A DNA stretch of 55,679 nucleotides from Catajapyx aquilonaris. Taxonomy: Eukaryota. Of this stretch, positions 1-11,206 are shown one piece after another. The stretch is from the NCBI GenBank assembly GCA_000934665.2, contig KZ538152.1, positions 62,001 through 117,679 of the forward strand, in the 5' to 3' direction. The notes beneath the pieces are model-generated. The model saw only the letters and a program-made list of their open reading frames with translations. It was not told the DNA's origin and ran no database searches. A program made the position numbers and the translations under genes. Numbering within the stretch: position 1 is the first letter of the stretch; each line of letters opens with the position of its first letter.

Positions 1-96
1 TTCCGAAAAATACAAAAAAAGAGGCAGGGAAAAAGTCCATTGAAGACACAGGGAAAACAGGGAAATAGTATTTTAGTCACTGCTGTGGTCACCCTG
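1..96. mobile_element. Terminal fragment of a hAT-like non-autonomous DNA transposon
   Basis: Ends in tgtggtcaccctg (reverse complement CAGGGTGACCACA), preceded by repeated cagggaaa subterminal motifs. The other end would be outside the window. Confidence 0.4.
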
Positions 97-3000
97 TAAA
101 ATTATTTTACTGCATAATATATTTTAACCATTTTTGTTCTCGTTCTTACGTTTGTGCCTGCGGAGCACATTACCGAGTTCTGTCTTACAGGGTACGATTT
201 GTACTGCATCTTGTATGAACCCTACACATAACTTTGAGACTGAAAAATTGATTGTTTATTCCCGCAAGACATCATTTTATAAACACTAGTCGCACCAGTA
301 CATGTTGTGCCACGGAGTACTTTGCGTTTTACAGTACGAGTACATGCGCATACACAGTGGTCGTTCCCCGTGTAGCAGGTGCGTGAACGGTACAATGTCC
401 TCAAGCAACGTTTGCTATACTGTAGTAAGAGCACGAGCTTGTCTTCTTTCTTAACCTAGCAGGGGGATGGGACGGATTACGTGAGTGCGATTTGTGACCC
501 ACAAGAATAGCTTAGGAACCGTTACCCAGGACCCGCTTTTATCCGCTCAAAATCACTATTTTTGTCTTGGCTTTCGTTTCTCTCGTTGCGTGTCATCACA
601 CGCCGCATTGCTTCATAATGTGGCGTAGTTTATGTTGACATACAGTGTGTGGGTGCGACCTGTTGGAAACTCTCTAGTCTAGACAAATAGTCGCGTTTCG
701 ATTTCTGCACACGATGGCACCGTTTCGAATGATATTGTATCAGATGGAAGAAAAAGCTGAATTTTGTAGCTTGCCTGTGCAGTTCGCCATACGAAAAGTG
801 CGTGTCTAGTACATTCCCCATTATATTATATGTCGACTTAGGTGTGATTTAGTTGTCATCATGCTTGTTAAATTGCCAAGAGTAATTTTCATGCTCTCGT
901 GTTAGCAGAGCAGCATGAAATCAAGTCGATTGCTGCTCTCATTAGGTTCTGCTTTGGTCGCCGTTATTAACGAGAGTCAGCAGCATGCTGAGAAAACACT
1001 GTTTCATTTCAAATGCGTGATCAGTGAACCAACCAGATTACCTGCGGAAGATTCCAAATTGCTCCATGGCAATCAATGCACAATCAACGATACATTTTTG
1101 AAATATCCCATCTCGGTAATGAGTGACGACGATAAATGATGGGCATTAATGAGTAACAGTTTTTTTTATGTATAAAAGTACAAAAATGAGGCGTGCCCTG
1201 AAGCAGCGGGATTCAGAAGTGTCAAAAGCAGCTTCGAGAGTCATTTCTCGCCCACCTGCGGCGTGACTAGCTCCTGGTCTCAACCTTGCAAGAGTGCCTA
1301 ATCAGTATTCTATTGGAAGTTTTTATTCGGTCAACCGCCTCTGACAAAAGGCCTACTTCTTCTCTTTTTTTTTGTTCACTACTACCACTTTTTTTTCTTC
1401 TTCTTCTTATTTTCTTTTCTATCTCCCCCGTGCCTCCATGCCTCTTCAAGTGAGAAACTAATCCGTTCCGTTCGCATCAGGAAATTTGGTTATCGGATGC
1501 CCCCGCTCTTTTTAATGGGGGAATAGTGTAGCGGAGCGAAGGAATAGAATCTATCTAATCCGACATGAAAGTGCAGGGGAGATAGCCATTAGCGAGAAAT
1601 CGGATCCGGGCTTGTTATTTGTGGCTCGTGAGCGAGGGAATCAATCGCAGAGGAGACCTCTTTTTCCCCTGCCTGTCGGGCTGACCACTTATCTTTCGGC
1701 TGTCATTGACAAATACACGGTGGTGCGGTGTCCGCGGGTGCCGTGAAGCAGAAACCGACACGGACATGAACTGTCAATCAGTCTTTTCTTGTGCCTTCTG
1801 TATACAAGTATCGTTAGGAGAAATCGTCTGATTACTAGGTTGGGATTTTAGTTGGACAGGGGAACCGGTGTAGTGCAGGTGTCCTTTTCACACTGGAGGT
1901 TATTAGAATTATAAAGCATTGCACGGTCGAAATCTTGCCAATTGAGACGATGACAAATGATAACGCATCGAAAGGGTTGTATACCCAAGCATGTTTGTCC
2001 TAGGATATATTCTACATCGCTGGGTTATTCGCTGCTTCTCGTTAGTAATGTATTTTTTTAAAATTTGGTTTGACAGAGGCCGGAACATGTCAAGGCTTTG
2101 TGGTATTATAACAATCCATGGGAGTATATGGTGGACATCGAAGAAAATGTTAAAATTCTGTATAACAGTTGTGGAAGACTGTACTGAAGACGAAAGGGGC
2201 TAATTTCCACAGGTAACGACATTTTGATGGTTGCAACTTTTCAAGAAAGTCAACAGTGGAAAATATTGGCAACCTAACCATAGATAAAACAATCAACATA
2301 GAGGTAACATCATAAATTGCGGTGTTTACGGCGCAAGTTGGGGGCAGATAATAGCTGTTAGGTCGTGCTTACCTTGACAATGGCAGGGCATGATTCTCGG
2401 GCATAATCTGCTGTGGTCGGGCGCAAAATAAGTGGCCCTATCTTATGGAGTATTAGGTAGCACGCGCTTCAGTAATATTATGGTGTCGATATATTTATTC
2501 GATTATTCAACCTTTTCTTAAGTGCAGGCACTATGTCTGCGTGTTAAGCCTCACAGATTGCCCGATAAAAATCAAGTTTTTGGTCAGAGACGACGACCAT
2601 GGTCGAAACCTTACTCGAACTGCGTGACATGCCTCAGTTTCGTCAGGGGATTATTAATTGTCACCGTAATGCAACTGAGCCGTATCATATCATGTCCAGA
2701 GTGACGCGACTTCCTAGCTCTCCTTGGACATGGTTTTATTGAAATTTTGTTTTACCTATATTTTCACTGAGACATTTTTCCTAGACAGGTCTTACTGTGC
2801 AGCAAGGATGACCGAAAATAATCTTGATAAGGCATTGTTTGCACATAAAGGCCACATGAATTCAAAGTAGTGGAGATTGCAGCCGCCATGGAATGGTCGG
2901 TTTTTTAAGTACAGTCAGTGCATGATAAACCTACATTTTCAGGCGTAAATACTGCTAATTCTGCATTTATTTTCTCTTCAGAAAACAGGCAAAGAGCGAC

Positions 3001-4578
3001 TGGGGGATATCCCTATAGGGAAGAATAACAGTCTATACTGTTATATCGGTGATATAGTGGTGATGGCGTGGTATTGACTTATTGTTGGCTTGTTGGTTTT
3101 GTATATTATTATAGATGAAATTAATAGCGGGAACTTGGGCTGTGGGTCCTGTATAGGTCAGTCAGCCCTTATCCCCCTTTCAGTCTACTGTTGCAATAGG
3201 CGAGTAGATCTTTTGCAGTACATTGCCTGCCTTCTGTGCTTTCTGTATAAAATACACGGATTGGAACCAGCAATATTTGGCAGATTTTTGAATGTAATTT
3301 TATCCACGAGGCCAGTTTTCCTTTGCCAGCGGATATCGCCAAAAATATACGAAACTTGGAGGTTTTACTTCTGATGTTGCAAATGGAAGAATTTGGAAGC
3401 GTAAAGCACCACGCTTTATCGTTGATGGAGCACTATAAATTGCAGTGCAGCGCGAAAGAGAAAGGCGATAATTTCATTCGAAAAAGTGGCATGATTCGTC
3501 AGTAACTATAGAGTTCCATTAATTCCACGCGCCCGAGAGGTTTCTGACCCCACACTTTTTCCTCTCTAAAGGAACACTTTTTCCCTTTCAAGAGGTGGGC
3601 TGTTGTTGTTTTTATTAGAAAAGCGGCCCGAAATCGCTTATAATTTACAGGTCCTGACGCGGTCATTCCTTGCCGTGGTCCGGCCCGTGGGGATGGGCGG
3701 GAATAAAAAACAAATGGGGTGGACAGCTAGTAATAAAACGATTGGACTGCCCTTTTTTCCAGCTCAGCTGCCATGTAATCCCGAAAAATTGTCGTCTTCC
3801 GAATCGGCTTTATTGGTGTAATTTTCCTATTGTCGGAGGATGTTCTGGTGATTACCATCACCGAATAGTTAGAGGGCAGCAACAGACTACTGTTGTCCCT
3901 TTTTTTTGGTCCAAAACTTGCAGGGTGACTTAGAGTTGAGCCCATGATTTCGTGTCAGTTTGCTGCTCCAAACTGACGCATGGGATCATTTGTGTAACGC
4001 ATAATGAATGGGATGCTTGTTAAATTTAATATTGCTGCCGGGGTTTACAGTGTGTGGATGGTTGTTGACCAGTGCATTTTCGATATTGCTGGTTTTATTT
4101 TGGGAGATATTGTGCGTGTGGAACGCAAACGAAGGGTTTTTCTTTCTTTCTTTTGTGAAATGTGTTACTTCGTACGCGTTTACCGATGACTTGACTTTGA
4201 TCATATAGATTATTGCAGCAGAAGTTAGGCAAATTGGCATGCAGAAGTTTTCTCAACTCAATTCAAGGACACATTTTTCAAAAATCTCCGATGCTGTCGT
4301 TTGACATATATCAGGGTTCGGAAATTTAATCTACAGTCGCTTTGGGAAATGATAGCGGGGTTCTAGGGGATCGCTTAGAGTTTATGCAACATGGGTCTCC
4401 GACGCATAGTTACCGAGATAATTAGCATTAAATAAAATGTGCATTATCCCAGCTTATAGGTTTCAGATACTGCTTACGACACTTCCATCCCCTAGGCCAT
4501 TCCCTGCTACACCTAACAGGATCGTAAATTTAAATTAAATTACGTGGTTACACCTTAAATTTAAATGGAAAAGGTAAA

Positions 4579-4802
4579 GGGAGACGGAGTGGCGCTGCGG
4601 TAACGTATGCGCCCGCGGATGTTAAGGTCCCGAGTTCGATCCCAGCCCGGGGACAACCCCTTCATCTCGTGCAGAGTTGGGTCGTCTCTGGCTTCGTCTC
4701 GGGTGGAATTTCCACTAGACACATCCACCCGGGGGAGTTCACAAATTATGTACCATCTTGGAAACTTTGCACTGCACATTGCATATCCCCTCCTGTCATC
4801 CT
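4579..4802 (+). mobile_element. tRNA-derived SINE, family 1, copy A
   Basis: A-box TGGCGCTGCGG (4590-4600) and B-box GTTCGATCC (4634-4642). ~220 bp alignable by eye to 40253-40486. Confidence 0.8.
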
Positions 4803-5333
4803 GCCAGTGGGCTCGGGCGATTCAAATGAATTGTGTTTGAAGCACATTATCTCGGTAACTATGCGTCGGAGACCCATGTTGCATAATTTATACTCAAAGT
4901 GATCGCCTAGAACCCATATATCATTTCCCAAAGCGACGGTAGGTTAAATTTCCGAACCCTGATATAAATGACTTGTCATCCAAATAGATGTCAACAGTGT
5001 GATACCGTGGTACTGTTTGATTGCATGTCTCATAAGTTAATGATGGCATAGTGGTTCGTAGCCTCCAGAAGTCACGTTGCAGACTCATACAACTTATACA
5101 GTAGCTTAGATACATTTCCAGTATGTTGGGATAAGGGATATTCAGTTAACACAATTATTGACTTCGCTTGTTTATTCACAATGTTATTGTATTTAAAATT
5201 CGTACTCTACATAATTTTGATGATGTAATTATTTGGAGCCTTGGAGAGTGGTTGGATGTGACCACGAAATGTAAGGTGCGCCCCGAATCCAGCACGTGAT
5301 CTCACACGGTGTGTAATTTGTCCTCTTCACCAG

Positions 5334-5588
5334 GCGTACGAGCTGTCAACGTTGACGGGCACGCAGGTGATGCTCCTGGTGGCCAGCGAGACAGGCCACG
5401 TGTATACCTTCGCCACCCGAAAACTGCAGCCCATGATCACCTCAGAGGCAGGCAAAGCCTTGATTCAAACCTGCCTCAATTCACCTGATCCGCCTCCATC
5501 AGGGGGAGGTCAGCACGACCAGAGAATGTCCGCCACGGGATTTGAGGAGACCGAGCTGACCTACACCATCAACGACGACGAGCAGAAA
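5334..5588 (+). CDS. SRF: SRF/blistered coding exon: C-terminal half of the MADS box plus SAM region (internal exon, phase 0/0)
   Basis: Acceptor tcctcttcaccAG (5332-5333), then AYELSTLTGTQVMLLVASETGHVYTFATRKLQPMITSEAGKALIQTCLNSPD...DQRMSATGFEETELTY. This is essentially the SRF core sequence. Donor AAA|GTAAGG at 5588/5589. Confidence 0.97.
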
Positions 5589-5852
5589 GTAAGGCAGATG
5601 ATGGGATATGCCAGCAGCCCGCTCCCGCCTTCACCATCTCCGCACCCGCACCCGCACCAGCACCCTCCACATCCGCACCACCCGCATGCTCACCTGCTAG
5701 GGGCAGGGGCGCCTGGTCCCTCGCATGCGCCCTACCCAACACACACCTCTCCTGGACCCACCCTTCCACCTCACACGCACCCGCAGCACTCGGTGTATGT
5801 GCCGCACATGCCACCCTCGCCTCATATGGTGCATCCCAACCTGCAGAGATAG
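5334..5852 (+). CDS. SRF: SRF short isoform terminal exon (donor read-through), His/Pro-rich C-terminus ending HPNLQR*
   Basis: The frame stays open for 87 codons past the 5589 donor (VRQMMGYASSPLPPSPSPHPHPHQHPP...MVHPNLQR, TAG 5850-5852). Composition is GC-rich and coding-like and drops after the stop. AATAAA at 6363-6368. Confidence 0.8.
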   Translation, partial: AYELSTLTGTQVMLLVASETGHVYTFATRKLQPMITSEAGKALIQTCLNSPDPPPSGGGQHDQRMSATGFEETELTYTINDDEQKVRQMMGYASSPLPPSPSPHPHPHQHPPHPHHPHAHLLGAGAPGPSHAPYPTHTSPGPTLPPHTHPQHSVYVPHMPPSPHMVHPNLQR

Positions 5853-6362
5853 CCCCAAGCCTGTGCTCGTTTTTATAATGTTGGTGATCTGTAGCACTGT
5901 ATTCCCTCAGAGAAGCCGGGTTCAGTCTAATGGGTGTGTTTTGTTAACTGTTCAGCAGTTAGGATGCAGTTTGGACGGGTAGATAAGTGCGCAAATTATT
6001 TGCTCGTTGGTAGATCATTTTGTTGTGACAACTAGCAGGGAGAACAACATGAGACTCCTATAAGATTGTTGAGGAGGTCACATGTCTGCCTTGTCTGAAC
6101 TGCAATGAATGCATGGAATCGTGGAAGGTTGGAAAGAATATATAGGCTACTTATTGGCTAATTACACCGTGAAGAAGGTTTTCATGTCCATATATTTTTT
6201 AAACGATTGATTCGTGTATTGTTGATGAAATGGAAATTTGTCTCATGCATAGTTTTCTAGATATGCTCATTTCATGTTGTAAAGAAGTTCCCTATCGTGC
6301 AACTAGGTGGGAGGAGAAGTGACAATTACTTTTGGTGATTGTTGCTGGACAAAGTGAGAGAC

Positions 6363-6368
6363 AATAAA
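6363..6368 (+). promoter_or_regulatory. Candidate polyadenylation signal for the short SRF isoform
   Basis: AATAAA ~510 nt downstream of the 5852 stop. Position only; no transcript evidence. Confidence 0.35.
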
Positions 6369-9131
6369 TGCTAAGTCGTTCTGGTGACGACCTGGTGAAT
6401 CCTATTATGAGTGCATCTAAGGAAATGAAAACTATGCCTGATACACCGAGAAAATGATGAATTTATTAGATTCACGATGGTGAATTTGATTTCAAAACGA
6501 TCGTTCCATTGAGGACGGAGGCTAACATTTGGTGCACGGTGTAATTTGAACACAATGAGATTGCTATTTGCATGTTACTACAGTAAAGGAAATTTCAGCT
6601 GACAGTAGTTATTGTGCATGTAAACATACTTTGACCATTCCATGATCAGTGTGAGTGAACCCGGCTTTGAGTGTTGTGGAATGATGAGGAGAACACAAGG
6701 CACCCGGTAATGGGTAAGATTGCGTGTCATTCCTCACATTTCGCTTGGTAGATCTCTTGCAACCAGTTGGAGGTGTCGTTTTTGCAGGGTACAAATTTTT
6801 ATAGATTGATAAATCATTTGAAATGGTTGATCCTATTTATGTTGTACTTGTAAATATATTGTTTAAACCAACTAATGAGACCTGGTGCTCTTTGCGAGCT
6901 TCGTCTACTCCTAACATGCATTTAAAGTAAGTTGCTATTTTGCCTTATCCAAGGCCTTAACACCATCTCATCTGTACATAGTTCTATTTTTTGCGTTAAG
7001 CGTCTGATTTACTCGATAACATCACATGATGACGGGTGCATAGTAAAACTAAAGCATAAATAGTTCCTTCCGGTTGGGTTTCGTAGTAACTAGGCGATCA
7101 ATGCAACTTACAATCTGAAAGGGAAGTGAAACCTGGAAGACTTGCGAGAGGCTTAACACTACTTAAAACTCACCCTACTCTACTTTAGTAGTTGGAATAA
7201 CCTGAAGGTGGTTGGCAGAGAAGCCACTTTAGAGTGGCGTAGCAAAAAAAAGAAGAAAAAAAAGTGAGTGTCCAACGTAATGGATGCAGAAGGTGGGGGG
7301 TGGAATTTTACACTGGTGTTGTAAATCCCGTTTGATAGGAGGGGGGATGGTCAAGGTGGATTGCGAATGTCAGGGAAAAATAATCGCAATTTTATTTCAG
7401 TGCCAAGTGGCCACACTATCAGGGGGATTACCCATAATCTGAAACATTAATTTTACGTCCTGCAAGACCTCCCAGGTTCTGTATCGCAATTAGGTTCTCT
7501 CCTGATAGCTAATCCCCCCGCCCACCCACCCCCACCAGTCATTCTGCAGTCGAGGTAACCGAGTGGCTGTGACTAGACCACCCATCCAATAATTTTGTTT
7601 TTATTGTTTTATTATTTTAAGACATGTTAAAACTAACACTAGTTTAATCCTAATGATGAAAGAGTTGAGGTCATCCATTGAAAGGTCAGTAACTTCATCT
7701 CTTCCCTGTGAATCTGTGATTTCAGACGGTGAAAGAATACAATTTACGACTCGCTTCGGCCAACAGTTCACACATAAAATGTGCTTAGTGTCCATGTAAA
7801 TGTTTTTAATCTGGCGAGAGAATTTACTAGATCTTTTACAGTTAAAGAGAATCCATTATAACTAACAAGTTTGAGGTACGGTTAGGTGGGATGTATGGTA
7901 TATAGGCTCTGATAGCTGGAAATCAGGTTAGCTCAGTTGTAGAAAGGGAAAGTGGATGCATAAGGACCTTTGGCAGTGACGCAATAGAGAATCTAGTCTT
8001 ATGGGACTCTTTGAGTGTTCATATTTTTCGAAACAAGAAAATGTTGTATCAGGTGTTGGGCTATATACCGGAGTAACTGCCCGCTATTTTATGACCCTGG
8101 GCAGTGTGACACGACCGATTAGTCGAGCGCCGTGAGTAGCTATACACAGTGATCTCTGCAACATTACGTCCTTGCCTATGTAATATTACAAAATACTGAC
8201 GGAGTTATACTCCACTAGTGAATGTGATTTGTTCTGCGGGGTAGCCTGTTTGTGCCGAGAGAAGTCGACTTGTGTACATGCAGAGCAAGAAATAGTTTTG
8301 AATCCCAAGCTGGCACTAAATTACCCAACTCTGACAAGACGACAAGCGTGGGAAATGAAGACATACACCCCAATAAATTAAGCGAACAATGGCTCTGAGT
8401 CACGGGCAGTCTGAGTAGGCTCGTTTTGCTCGTCCACCAGAAAGGTGGCCCAAGTTTGTCTGGATAACTGCAGGTATGATGTATGTATCGTGTCTGGAGA
8501 ATAACTGACCATTTTCATTGTCCCACAAATGATCGATTCGTTTGCTCATTCCGAACAAAAGGAAGGATTTTCTTGGGCGGGGAAGTTCGTGGGCGAGTTG
8601 CGGGCCAATTATTATTAGATTGCGTTATTGCAGGCTGCTTGCTTATTATAAACACTATGACGCCCAACACCAGTATTATCATATGGTGATTCATCTGAGC
8701 TTTCACTCCACAATACTGGGGGCAACCGGATGAAACGGACCACTTTTGGGTGGAAAGGTCGAGGAATGGGAGTCCTTCCACAAGTCACGGAGTAGATGCA
8801 CTTGGGCCAAAGAGGAGGGTGGGGTCGGAGACAATATTGCAAGATGGGTGGCAGGTGAGGAAGCTGCTCCTCCACGTGACTCATGGTGCCAACTCGAATC
8901 AGGGAGGGACACCAGCACCGACAGGCTGGGTGGAGACCATACGATAATAACATGCATGCTGCCATATACAGTGCAGCATGCGACGGTAGTAGGCTAGCCA
9001 TCGGGCTGGGTCAATTGCACGGGAATGACCCCAAAAAAGCAGGGGTCGAAATGTAGGCCTTGGTCAGGGTGTCTGTCGGAAGTGGAAAACGTTGGGATGG
9101 GATGCTGGATGAAAGAGGTGGGTTTGGGTGC

Positions 9132-9172
9132 CCATGTAAGGCCATTAGGGGCAAGGTGCGGACCATATAAGG
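9132..9172. promoter_or_regulatory. CArG-like box plus consensus CArG box pair
   Basis: CCATGTAAGG (9132-9141) and CCATATAAGG (9163-9172) in a GC-rich island. Function is inferred. Confidence 0.4.
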
Positions 9173-10888
9173 CGTTGGCAGGATCGTCCCGTTGTAGCCG
9201 AGCGCTATTATATTGCCTTCCTGAATATAGTCGCCCACACAACCTTGGCCGTCAGGGTTGGGCCCGACGGATTGCCCTGGGCAACACACCTTTCGCGTGC
9301 GTGCGCGCACCCCAGCACACCACGTTTTCGCTCAAGATCAGTTGCCCCAGGAGGGACGCCACCCACACACACATGCTGCCCTGCCATGCGACCGGAAACC
9401 GTTTCTCCCAATTAACCACCTCTGCCCAGATTCTTCGTGATCTGGAGGGATTCCCGAGGCTGGACTTTCTCGTGGACAGAAAGTGCATCCATTCATTGGC
9501 CGGTACCGAACACCCTACTTTTCGGATCCAGTTTTGCGCTGGGGAGGAATGAATGAAACGGGGCCGGGGGAGAGCCGGAGGAACTTTGCCAAGGATTCCT
9601 TTTTGGAACGAATTTGGCCTGGCCAGGATGGGTGATATCCAGCCGTGTAGTAAGTTAGGCGTGCAGCACACTCACTGGCTGCGAACGAAGGGCGCTCGTT
9701 TCATCCCTCCCGCCTAAAAATATCCGGCCAGAAAAGTCTGGCTGCTTGGCTACGGCCTTGGATCGTAAAAGGAATTGGGCCCCATCGGCTCACTTCCTAC
9801 TCCGGACGCGGGACTACCATCTCTTCTTACCTACCAACTTCGCTCCACTGAGATACTTTTCGGTGCGGGTTGCCCTGATATTGCCCCTGGCTCCAGATTC
9901 GTTTGGAATTTTTCTCGCGGTGCTTGACATCCGATTGGCCACGTGTGCGCCCGGGCATGCTAATGACTCCGGGATGCTTGGGATGGTTTGTCGATTTTAT
10001 GCCTGTCACGAGATTAAACAGAAAAATTTGAAGCTTACGTTATTAAAAATTCCAGCTTCTCGTAGTATGCTGAAGGATTCTGCCATCTCTCCCTCAGAGA
10101 GGGCATTGGCCGACCAATTCGTGCCATTCGTCTTATAGGAGGTCTTCATCCTAAAACGTGGGAACCGGCTGTTCAAATCACATTTTAAGCAAACAGCCTT
10201 CATATGAAATCAGACATTGCCTAATAATTTTCTGGGCATTACCGTTAACGCTAGCTATTGTTCAATGTGGTATCTGCCATGAGATCAAGTCGTAACTTTT
10301 GTCAGTGTCAGGCGTTTGACTCGACCACACTTATTACTCTGTCATAAATTTTCCAAGTAGATAACACTTTGCGAAAGGCAGGTAAGTTTGATGTGCAGTC
10401 TGCCTGCTTTGTACCTGTGCCGGACAGTATCATCCAGAGGTGAATTTTGCTGATCCCTGGTGCATGTGGCATGTGTCGCATTTGTTCCAAAGTTTCATTT
10501 TTATGATTATTATTCGTAGCCATATGCGACGACTTTTACGCAGCTTGATGTTTGTATCTTTTTTTTTGTCCCTCTTTATGTTGACCTGAACGTGAGGTAG
10601 ATATGTGTGCTATATGCGTAGGTGTGCGAGAAGTTGCTGAGCAAATGTGTTGGCCGCTATAGCATGTGCTTGTGAACTGTTGCCTTTCTTCGATGTTGTC
10701 TTCCTACCTGAAACTGACCTATTTGTAGATTCGATTGTTATTTTCTTTGCGCAATGTCCAAATTACCAAGGTTGAGGTATGCAGGGAATGTTGTACTTGG
10801 TGGACCCCCTGAGGACCAGCTAGGAATGCGTGCAGGATTTTGTAAGGAGCAGCATAGCGGCTGCATCGCGTTTTACTTGCCTGATATA

Positions 10889-11128
10889 CAGGGTGATCCA
10901 AGTATACGGGTCACTTTTGGATAACTGCTATCGGGCGACATCAGTTATTTTTTGTAGCTTGTTGTGCCCCGATTCTATGACTTCTGCTATATTTGACCCA
11001 CTGGGGGTCGCATATATCAGGTGCTATAGAATGGGACAACTGAAATCGGCCCACAACAAGCTACAAAAATAACTGCTATCGGGGGATAGCAGTTATCCAA
11101 AAGTGACCCAGATACTTAGAACACCCTG
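10889..11128. mobile_element. Tc1/mariner-type MITE (240 bp)
   Basis: TA|CAGGGTG...CACCCTG|TA with long imperfect inverted arms (gggtcacttttggataactgctatc / gatagcagttatccaaaagtgaccc; tgtagcttgttgtg / cacaacaagctaca). Confidence 0.85.
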
Positions 11129-11132
11129 TATA

Positions 11133-11206
11133 TTTTTTATTTTTATTTTTATTTTACTAATCCCCATTAGGTGACTACGCTCCTTTAGGGGGGTGGAACA
11201 CCACCA
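11133..11206 (-). mobile_element. 5'-truncated non-LTR retroposon (LINE/SINE 3' tail)
   Basis: On the minus strand it ends in an (AAAAAT)n-like tail after a stem-loop (CCCCTAAAGG...CCTAATGGGG). Bracketed by the direct repeat TACTTGCCTGATATA starting at 10874 and 11207. Confidence 0.6.

Noticed and set aside
2204..2218. cacAG|GTAAC recursive-site candidate
   Set aside because: Pyrimidine tract is too short to be convincing.
4579..4660. Possible tRNA genes (also 30915-30987, 40253-40330)
   Set aside because: A and B boxes are present, but there is no clean cloverleaf and homology continues far into a shared body: these are SINE heads.
5352..5354. ORF track start 'MTGTQV' as the SRF N-terminus
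   Set aside because: It is a TTG (Leu) inside an internal exon; the exon starts at the 5334 acceptor and the first half of the MADS box is not in the window.
8615..9671. Overlapping 128-175 aa ORFs, including HPACRC..TMSHV resembling a LINE C-terminal zinc knuckle
   Set aside because: GC-rich sequence opens frames on both strands; the motif is incomplete and there is no RT or endonuclease sequence nearby.
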